Virus record (IMG/VR): IMGVR_UViG_3300017752_000005
From: an uncultured virus (IMG/VR IMGVR_UViG_3300017752_000005)
Taxonomy: Duplodnaviria; Heunggongvirae; Uroviricota; Caudoviricetes
Direction: 5' to 3' (one strand)
Length of the DNA: 64,000 bases
The first letter of the stretch is position 1. Each line of letters opens with the position of its first letter. A program made the position numbers and the translations under genes. Below are positions 19,430 through 26,509 of the stretch, piece by piece. The notes under the pieces are model-generated. The model was not told the DNA's origin, searched no databases, and saw only the letters and a program-made list of their open reading frames with translations.

Positions 19430-20518
19430 TTAAGATTCTTCTATTTTTTGTAGAATCCCACTTACAGTTTTTTCGTAAGTAAAATCTTCTCTAAGGTTCT
19501 CTCCAATTATATTATTTTCCCCTACTTTTTTCAACGCTCTTTCGATACCGTCAATTATCGCTTCGTCAGAGATTTTGTAATAACTTCCTTGATTGAAGGG
19601 ATGACCTTTCTTGAAAAACACTTCGTCGTAACATTCTTGTTTTCCTTCGGGTTCTACCAAAATAGAGTTCTCTTGTGTGGCCCAATCTTTATGAGAAGAA
19701 CAATTAGAAACTACACTCCACTTTCCTAAAGCGGTGGAGTTGAATGCTGGTAAGCCCCATCCCTCGCCATTTGACAGACCGCTCAGATCAATATCAATAA
19801 AATTCATCAAATCATTTACTTGAGAGTTTTTTGACAAGTGAGGCAGAAAATTAATATTGTTCCAATTTTTACCTCCAAGAATATTACCTATCAAATTTTG
19901 ATATGTTTCTTTTTGGAAAAAGGGATTATTAACTAGGCAGTTGAGTTGATAATCTGGATTGTTACCAAACCTTTCAAGCCACAGTTTTATGATTCGCTCT
20001 GTATTTTTTCTTTTTTCAAACTTACCAATCAATCCAAATTGGATCGGCTTTCCATCAACATTTTCTACATCTTTTTTGTAGAAGTCTGGATCGAAACCAA
20101 GAGGCAAGTAAGAACAGTTTTCTAGACCTATTTTTTTAAAAGAATCGGCAGCCTCTGAAGAAGAGAAGAAAGTCCAAGTCTGATTTTTTAAAATGTTATA
20201 CTCCTCTACTGTAGGTGAATCTACCTCATAAAAAGTATATAGATATTGATCGTTTGTAAGCTTCTTTTCAGAACCATTAATATGCCAGCACTTGATTGTT
20301 GGTAACTTGTGGTCAAAAAATTTAAAACGCCCATGTGAAAGTGATGTTATCTGCCCCCTTACCAATTCATCTAAGGAATCGAAAGATTCAAAATCCCCCT
20401 TTTCTCCAACCGGAAAAATAGCTGAAACTGCGTCTTTTTTTAATAGCTCTCTAAGAAAATTTACAGAAACGTTCCCTAAAGATAAATTGTTGATTGGACC
20501 ATCAAATAACACTTTCAT
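19430..20518 (-). CDS. Glycosyltransferase (GT4-like, GT-B)
   Basis: LPLGFDPDFY, IGKFEKRKN, GEGWGLPAFNSTALGK. Confidence 0.85.
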   Translation of the reverse strand: MKVLFDGPINNLSLGNVSVNFLRELLKKDAVSAIFPVGEKGDFESFDSLDELVRGQITSLSHGRFKFFDHKLPTIKCWHINGSEKKLTNDQYLYTFYEVDSPTVEEYNILKNQTWTFFSSSEAADSFKKIGLENCSYLPLGFDPDFYKKDVENVDGKPIQFGLIGKFEKRKNTERIIKLWLERFGNNPDYQLNCLVNNPFFQKETYQNLIGNILGGKNWNNINFLPHLSKNSQVNDLMNFIDIDLSGLSNGEGWGLPAFNSTALGKWSVVSNCSSHKDWATQENSILVEPEGKQECYDEVFFKKGHPFNQGSYYKISDEAIIDGIERALKKVGENNIIGENLREDFTYEKTVSGILQKIEES

Positions 20519-21089
20519 TTAAAATAGCTTTCTTTATTACTTTTAACGTTTTGGCATGACTAGCTTGAACCGCTTGAGGACTAATCTCCATTTCTTTTGC
20601 AATTTCAGTAAAGGATAAACCCGCCCTGTTATCGCCACCAAAATATTTTTTCTCAAAAATCTCAAGTGCTTTTGGTGTGCATCTTTTAGAAGCCAAAAAC
20701 AAAATTCTCTCTACCTCTTCTTTTTTTGAGAGATAGGCATCTGGAGAAAGATGCGTTTCTCCACCAAATCCCTCATCAAACTCACAAAAATCTGGTTCGT
20801 CTCTTAATTTAGACCTTTGACTTAGACAAAGATACTTAGTTTTGTTTGCCAGCCAAGTGTGAAACTTTATATTCCTATCTGGATCAAACGTTTCAATAGC
20901 CTCGTAAAACAAATGTTCTTTTCTTTGGACTAATTCTTCAACATCCCAAGAATTTTTTGAAAACGGCAAGTTTTTTGAAATTATTTTATAGAAAAGACCT
21001 GAGTGCCTTTCGACAAGCTCAAGCAAAGCGTCTTCACTTTTCGCCTCCTTTACCTCTCTCACCAATTGTAAATCTTCTATTTTGATCAT
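20502..21089 (-). CDS. RNA polymerase sigma factor (sigma70 family, regions 2 and 4)
   Basis: ALLELVERHSGL, AIETFDPDRNIKFHTW, HTH LSFTEIAKEMEISPQAV. Confidence 0.85.
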   Translation of the reverse strand: MIKIEDLQLVREVKEAKSEDALLELVERHSGLFYKIISKNLPFSKNSWDVEELVQRKEHLFYEAIETFDPDRNIKFHTWLANKTKYLCLSQRSKLRDEPDFCEFDEGFGGETHLSPDAYLSKKEEVERILFLASKRCTPKALEIFEKKYFGGDNRAGLSFTEIAKEMEISPQAVQASHAKTLKVIKKAILNESVI

Positions 21090-21715
21090 AAAAATAAATT
21101 AATATTTTCTTTAAGGATTTGAGAGGATTTTTCTCTTACTACATTTTTAAATTGACCCAAATCATCTTCCCAAGGTAGATTAATAACTAAATCTGCTGCA
21201 TCCTCTAGTTTCTCTTCATTCGCAGCCTCGTCTTCGTTGGGTGCTTTTATTTTTTGAAGTTTTCCATCTGAATCTTTTTTATATCTACAAATATGAATAT
21301 GAAGATTCTTTCGTTTACTATGAAACCAAGATAGTTCATCTTGATCAAACTGAGCGAATCTTAAATCAGATATGAGAACAACATTAAGCGAAGAATATAA
21401 ATTATCTAAAGCATCTATTCTTTTTTGAAGCTTTTTTACAAAGTAGAGATTATCCTTAGTTCTCTTTGACATTCCATAACCTCGTAAAAAATGTCTGATG
21501 ATTTCTTTTTCAGAGTCCTCTTCCGTCCAAGCTGATATCCCAAATTCCTCTTGCACAAATGCTCCAACCTCTTGGCGTATGCGGTCGGCAAAAGACAAGA
21601 TACTTACTGTTAAGTTAGGAGAAAAATCTTCTACTTGTCTCTGAAACTCAAAACAAAAAGAATCCTTTCCAGAACGAGCGAATCCAGTAAAAGCTACGTA
21701 AATTTTATCATCCAT
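21086..21715 (-). CDS. Deoxynucleoside monophosphate kinase
   Basis: P-loop TGFARSGKDS, SFAD, ISDLRF; start re-assigned to ATG 21715. Confidence 0.8.
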   Translation of the reverse strand: MDDKIYVAFTGFARSGKDSFCFEFQRQVEDFSPNLTVSILSFADRIRQEVGAFVQEEFGISAWTEEDSEKEIIRHFLRGYGMSKRTKDNLYFVKKLQKRIDALDNLYSSLNVVLISDLRFAQFDQDELSWFHSKRKNLHIHICRYKKDSDGKLQKIKAPNEDEAANEEKLEDAADLVINLPWEDDLGQFKNVVREKSSQILKENINLFL

Positions 21716-21717
21716 AA

Positions 21718-22185
21718 TTATTCTCCTGTAGAGCCGAACCCACCTTCGCCTCTTTGTGATTCTTTGCAATCACTAAATTTGTCAACCTCAACGTAGTTGC
21801 TAAGTATTTGCTCTGGAAACCAAACTAATTGACCGATCTTATCTCCTTTTTTGTAAATCTTATCAAATTTAACTTTAGAATATCCTTCTATCGTCTCATG
21901 CATCGGCCAAAGATAGCGAAACCTTAGCTTTACTTCTCCCCTATATGAAGAATCTATAACCCCAACTCCGTTGGCAAGAGTCAACCATTTATTAGAAATG
22001 CTTGAACGAGGAAAAATCAACCCGTGAATTGTATCCGCAAACGGTGCTAACCTGACTCCCGTAGAGTATTCTATAAATTGATTTTCGTAATCAAAAACTG
22101 GATCAGACGAAGCTACAAGATCATAACCTAGATCACCATTATTCTTAGGCAGAATATTCTGTTGATTAGTAACTTCTACGAACAT
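21718..22185 (-). CDS. dut: dUTPase (trimeric)
   Basis: GYDL, PRSS, GVIDSSYRGE, GDKIGQL, RGEGGFGSTG. Confidence 0.95.
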   Translation of the reverse strand: MFVEVTNQQNILPKNNGDLGYDLVASSDPVFDYENQFIEYSTGVRLAPFADTIHGLIFPRSSISNKWLTLANGVGVIDSSYRGEVKLRFRYLWPMHETIEGYSKVKFDKIYKKGDKIGQLVWFPEQILSNYVEVDKFSDCKESQRGEGGFGSTGE

Positions 22186-22192
22186 ACCACTG

Positions 22193-22220
22193 AGTATAAG
22201 TCAAAGATTCAAAAAATCAA
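22193..22220 (-). promoter_or_regulatory. sigma70-like promoter TTGATT-N16-TATACT, 7 nt before the dut ATG
   Basis: Read directly from the minus strand. Confidence 0.55.
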
Positions 22221-22257
22221 CTAAAAAATCACTATTTTAACTTTTTTCACTTTTTGG

Positions 22258-22286
22258 TTGTTTTTGGGTTGATGGATTTTTATAAT
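22258..22286 (+). promoter_or_regulatory. sigma70-like promoter TTGTTT-N17-TATAAT upstream of the structured RNA candidate
   Basis: Perfect -10 at 22281-22286 with 17-nt spacing. Confidence 0.55.
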
Positions 22287-22292
22287 AAAAAC

Positions 22293-22500
22293 GGAATGAG
22301 CCGCGAGGCTTATCTCTGAACCTTACAGAGCGGCGGCACTAAGAGCCTAAATCGGAAACCAAACTCAGCGGATAGGCTCTGGAATAAAGAAGAAAGTTAA
22401 TAGATTAACCTTATAGGATGCGTAACGAAGTTAATAAATCCTATAGTGATCATATAACCTATGTTGCCGAATTAGATACAGTCCGGTAGCTAGGTTAGTC
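22293..22500 (+). ncRNA. Candidate structured non-coding RNA of unknown family
   Basis: Six consecutive stems, a GCGA (GNRA) tetraloop and G-U pairs valid only on the + strand; no ORF; own promoter. Confidence 0.6.
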
Positions 22501-22558
22501 TAACCAAACCAAAGAAAGCGTGGATAGAGTTTTTAATGTTCTTTTCTTTCTTTTTGAC

Positions 22559-22587
22559 TTGACTTATTTAGATTATCGGTGTAAGAT
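22559..22587 (+). promoter_or_regulatory. sigma70-like promoter TTGACT-N17-TAAGAT overlapping a GTGTAA motif
   Basis: -10 ends 8 nt before ATG 22596. Confidence 0.6.
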
Positions 22588-22595
22588 TCTACTAC

Positions 22596-23075
22596 ATGAT
22601 TCAAGTAGAGATTACTGACGATATGCTCTGTGCCGCCAGAAAAAAGGCGGTTGAAATGGGCAAGCTTTATAAAAGCATAACAAGAGGTCAGGGAAATCTT
22701 GCTGGTTTCATTGGAGAATTTATCGCCCAAAAGGTTATGGGTGGAAAAGTCGAAAACACTTATGACTACGATCTTGTGTTGGATGATGGAACAAAAGTTG
22801 ATGCTAAGACAAAACGCACCTCTGTAAAACCATTGGAAGAATACGATTGTTCTATATCTACAAGCACAAGAATTCAAGATTGTGATGTATATGCTTTCGT
22901 TCGTGTTAAGAATGACTACTCTGTAGGCTGGTTTCTTGGAGTGAAATCTAAAAAGAATTTCTTTTCAGAAGCAACCGAATACAAGAAAGGCGATAAAGAT
23001 GAGAGTAATAACTTTACTTTCAGAAGTGATTGTTTTAATATTAAAATTGCCGAATTAGATAAATCTTATGAGTAG
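22596..23075 (+). CDS. Hypothetical protein, possible PD-(D/E)XK nuclease fold
   Basis: GFIGE...YDYDLV....VDAKTK resembles the E...D...(D/E)xK pattern. Confidence 0.6.
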   Translation: MIQVEITDDMLCAARKKAVEMGKLYKSITRGQGNLAGFIGEFIAQKVMGGKVENTYDYDLVLDDGTKVDAKTKRTSVKPLEEYDCSISTSTRIQDCDVYAFVRVKNDYSVGWFLGVKSKKNFFSEATEYKKGDKDESNNFTFRSDCFNIKIAELDKSYE

Positions 23076-24054
23076 AGACATTTTCGCTCCAAGGGAGCAT
23101 TTTAAGCCGTTTGAATACAAAGAGTGTGAAGAATATACAGATGCCATTAACCGTTCCTTTTGGGTCCATACGGAGTGGAGTAAAGCTTTAGAGAAAGACG
23201 TTCAAGAGTATCATACCGAACTAACAAAAGAGCAGAAGGAGGTTATTAAAAAATGCCTACTTTTAATCTCTCAAATTGAAGTAAGTGTAAAGACTTTTTG
23301 GGGTAATATCCATACACACTTACCCAAGCCAGAAGTGCAGATGGTTGGTGCTACCTTTGCTGAGTCAGAGGTTAGGCACGAAAGAGCTTACTCTCACCTA
23401 CTGGAAGTTATGGGACTCAATAATGAGTTCGAAAAGATTTATGATATTCCAGTTATTATAGATAGACATAACTATCTTAAAAAATATAAGGATTTTGCTC
23501 AGGCTAGAATGGAGAAAAACTTTGTAAAATCAATCGTTCTCTTTTCTTTGTTTATTGAGAATGTATCTTTGTTTTCTCAGTTCTTTATCATAATGTCTTT
23601 CAATAAGCACCGCAAGAAGCTTAAAGCTGTTAATAATATTGTTGCGGCAACTTCTAAAGAAGAAGCTCTGCATGGTTCTTTCGGAACTTATATCATTAGA
23701 CAAATCAGAGAAGAGCATCCAGAATATTTTAACGACGAGTTCAAATCGTTAATTTATAACTACTGTAGAAAAGCTCTTGATGCAGAGAACAAGGTTTTGG
23801 ATTGGATTTTAGAAGAGGGGGATACTGACTTTATTAAAAAAGAGCAGGTCCAAGAGTTTGTAAAGGATAGGCTCAACACAAGCCTTTCTGGAATTGGCCT
23901 AGACCCGATTTTCGAAACGAATGAAGACCAACTTATAAAGACTAAATGGTTCAATGAAGAACTTTTAAGTGATGTTCATGTTGACTTCTTTGATCAAAGA
24001 CCTACTGCTTACAACAAATTTGATCAGTCTTTCGATGAAGACTCTATTTTCTAA
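23068..24054 (+). CDS. nrdB: Class I ribonucleotide reductase beta subunit (class Id-like)
   Basis: SQIEVSVKTFWG, ESEVRHERAY, IENVSLFSQF, KEEALHG, DFFDQRPTAY. Confidence 0.95.
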   Translation: MSRDIFAPREHFKPFEYKECEEYTDAINRSFWVHTEWSKALEKDVQEYHTELTKEQKEVIKKCLLLISQIEVSVKTFWGNIHTHLPKPEVQMVGATFAESEVRHERAYSHLLEVMGLNNEFEKIYDIPVIIDRHNYLKKYKDFAQARMEKNFVKSIVLFSLFIENVSLFSQFFIIMSFNKHRKKLKAVNNIVAATSKEEALHGSFGTYIIRQIREEHPEYFNDEFKSLIYNYCRKALDAENKVLDWILEEGDTDFIKKEQVQEFVKDRLNTSLSGIGLDPIFETNEDQLIKTKWFNEELLSDVHVDFFDQRPTAYNKFDQSFDEDSIF

Positions 24055-24056
24055 AA

Positions 24057-25700
24057 ATGAATTGGCTAAATAAAAAATCACAAATCTTTCTTAATAACGG
24101 CTACTTGTCAGAAGGCGAGGACGCGATTGAAAGAATTAAAAGCATTGCTTCGGCAGCAGAGAACTACCTTGGTAAAGAAGGTTTTGCAGATCGCTTTTAT
24201 TATCACATGGAGAAAGGTCATTTTCTTCTCTCTTCTCCAGTGTGGGCTAACTTTGGCAAAAAGAGGGGGTTCCCTATTGCGTGTTTTAACAGTCACGTAG
24301 AAGACACTATGGACTCAATCCTCTACAATACAGCCGAAGTGGGGATGATGACTAAAATGGGAGGTGGAACTTCTGGCTACTTTGGTGAAATCAGACAGCG
24401 AGGTGCAGCTATTTCTACGGGAGGCATATCGGATGGTGCTGTAACTTTTATGCAGCTATTTGATTCAGTATCCCACGTATGCAAGCAAGCAGACGTTCGT
24501 AGAGGAAAGATGGCAGCATATCTGCCTATTGACCACGGGGATATTGAAGACTTCTTGAATATTAGAAAAGAAGGTCATCCTATTCAAGACCTGTTAACTG
24601 GTGTTGTTGTAAAAGATGATTGGCTTAAAGAGATGAAGAGCGGAGATAAGGAGAAGCGTAAAGTTTGGGCAAAGGTTCTTGAGAGTCGCGCACAAACTGG
24701 ACTTCCTTATATTTATTTTTACGACAACGCAAATAACGCTGCGCCACAAGTTTACAAAGATAATAACAGAGATATTAAAAGCTCAAACCTATGTTCTGAA
24801 ATTATGCTATCGTCTGATAAAGACGAATCTTTTGTTTGTTGTTTGGGATCAATGAATCTGCTTCATTATGATGATTGGAAGGACACTGACGCTGTAGAGA
24901 TTATGTCCTTTTTTCTTGATTCGGTTTTGACTGAATTTATCCAAAAGTCAGAGGGTGTTTCATTTATGCAAAGACCAAGAAACTTTGCTATAAATCAAAG
25001 AGCGATTGGAATTGGAGCTACAGGTTATCATTCTGTTCTGCAAAGTAAAATGATACCATTTGAGTCTCTTGAGGCTCAGATGTTGAATACAGAAATGTTT
25101 GAAACAATTAAAAATCAAAGCCTTGAAGCATCCAAGAAAGCAGCTAAAGAAATGGGCGAGCCTCCAATGCTAGAAGGTCGAGGGGAGCGATGGGTTACTC
25201 GCATGGCTGTGGCTCCAAATACTTCGTCTGCTTTTATTCTTGGTCAAGTATCACAAAGCATTGAACCTTTCAAAAGTAATTACTATGTAAAGGACATTGC
25301 CAAGTTCAAAGGCACTATTAAAAATAAGTATCTTGAAAAGCTGCTTAAAGAAAAAGATAAAAACACTAGCGATGTTTGGGATTCTATCTTGAGAAATAAT
25401 GGCTCTGTTCAGCAACTGGATTTTTTAACTGAAAAAGAAAAGGCTGTATTCAAGACATTTGCTGAGATTTCTCAAAAAGAGATTATTACACAAGCAGCGC
25501 AACGTCAGAAGCATATTGATCAAGGTCAAAGCCTTAATATTATGATTCCATCGGGTGTTTCTGCTAAAGAAATGAATCAACTAACACTTTACGCTTGGGA
25601 ATCTGGAGTAAAAAGCCTTTACTATCAACATAGCAGTAATGCAGCACAGGAGCTTTTCAGAAAGTTTAACGAAGATAATTGTTCTGCGTGTGAAGGTTAA
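24057..25700 (+). CDS. nrdA: Class I ribonucleotide reductase alpha subunit, no ATP cone
   Basis: SSPVWANFG, ACF, SNLCSEI, CCLGS, APNTSS, IDQGQSLN, KSLYY, C-terminal CSAC. Confidence 0.95.
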   Translation: MNWLNKKSQIFLNNGYLSEGEDAIERIKSIASAAENYLGKEGFADRFYYHMEKGHFLLSSPVWANFGKKRGFPIACFNSHVEDTMDSILYNTAEVGMMTKMGGGTSGYFGEIRQRGAAISTGGISDGAVTFMQLFDSVSHVCKQADVRRGKMAAYLPIDHGDIEDFLNIRKEGHPIQDLLTGVVVKDDWLKEMKSGDKEKRKVWAKVLESRAQTGLPYIYFYDNANNAAPQVYKDNNRDIKSSNLCSEIMLSSDKDESFVCCLGSMNLLHYDDWKDTDAVEIMSFFLDSVLTEFIQKSEGVSFMQRPRNFAINQRAIGIGATGYHSVLQSKMIPFESLEAQMLNTEMFETIKNQSLEASKKAAKEMGEPPMLEGRGERWVTRMAVAPNTSSAFILGQVSQSIEPFKSNYYVKDIAKFKGTIKNKYLEKLLKEKDKNTSDVWDSILRNNGSVQQLDFLTEKEKAVFKTFAEISQKEIITQAAQRQKHIDQGQSLNIMIPSGVSAKEMNQLTLYAWESGVKSLYYQHSSNAAQELFRKFNEDNCSACEG

Positions 25701-25707
25701 AAAAAGG

Positions 25708-25736
25708 TTGACTATATTTGACTAATGATCTATACT
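25708..25736 (+). promoter_or_regulatory. sigma70-like promoter TTGACT-N17-TATACT
   Basis: Ends 11 nt before ATG 25748. Confidence 0.7.
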
Positions 25737-25747
25737 TGTAGTAGATT

Positions 25748-26509
25748 ATGAGTAAAGCAAAAAAAATAGACAACTCAATCGGACCAAAAAAAGTTTCAAG
25801 AGATGAAAATGGTCTGCTAGAAAATATTCAATATATGTTCAATGAAGATGGTTTTGTCGATTGGCGAGCCATGATCAATGATGAACACCTTTACCCCAAC
25901 AAAGGTTGGTTTGAGAAGTTCGACAAAGAAGTTCCAGATTCAGTCAAGGGTTTAAAAGATCATCAACTTTTGATCAAGCTATCTGGTATCAAGGAGCTTC
26001 TGAAACTTAGAGGTTATAAGAGCGTAAATTTTACAGTTATAGAAGCATCTTACGATAGAGCGGTTGTTAAATGTGAAGTTAAATTTACTCCTAATTATGA
26101 AACAAATCACAAATCTATTGACTTTACAGAAGTAGCAAATGCCACTTCAAATAACTGCGATGGCTTCTCTGTTAAATTTTTAGAATCAATTGCAGCTAAT
26201 AGAGCTTTCGTCCGTTGTGTAAGAAACTTCTTGAACGTTCATATTGTTGGTGCAGATGAAATTGATAAGTCTACTCCAAAGAAAGAAGAAGACCAATCTG
26301 ATGTATTGGAAACTAAAACGGTATCTTCCGCTTCATTCAGCCCACAAGAAACTCTGTCTAGTAAATTTGAAGACTTAAAAGACTTCAAAGAAACTTTGCG
26401 AAAGCTTTGGAAAAAGGAACTTTACAGAAATGAAGATGCTGCACTTTGGGATTCTTTTTCAGATATACCAGCAAAAGAAGCTAGAATTATTTTAGGTTTG
26501 TTGGATTAA
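25748..26509 (+). CDS. Hypothetical protein, possible Rad52/Sak-like single-strand annealing protein
   Basis: AVVKCEVKF...IAANRAFVRCVRNFLNVHIVGADEI resembles the SSAP helix motif. Confidence 0.5.
   Translation: MSKAKKIDNSIGPKKVSRDENGLLENIQYMFNEDGFVDWRAMINDEHLYPNKGWFEKFDKEVPDSVKGLKDHQLLIKLSGIKELLKLRGYKSVNFTVIEASYDRAVVKCEVKFTPNYETNHKSIDFTEVANATSNNCDGFSVKFLESIAANRAFVRCVRNFLNVHIVGADEIDKSTPKKEEDQSDVLETKTVSSASFSPQETLSSKFEDLKDFKETLRKLWKKELYRNEDAALWDSFSDIPAKEARIILGLLD

Noticed and set aside
22293..22500. tRNA, CRISPR array or group I intron as the explanation for the structured gap
   Set aside because: No cloverleaf or T-loop, no direct repeats with spacers, no interrupted gene and no recognisable P7 core.
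22533..22877. 114-aa minus-strand ORF
   Set aside because: Antisense to 22596..23075, which has a promoter and is coupled to nrdB.
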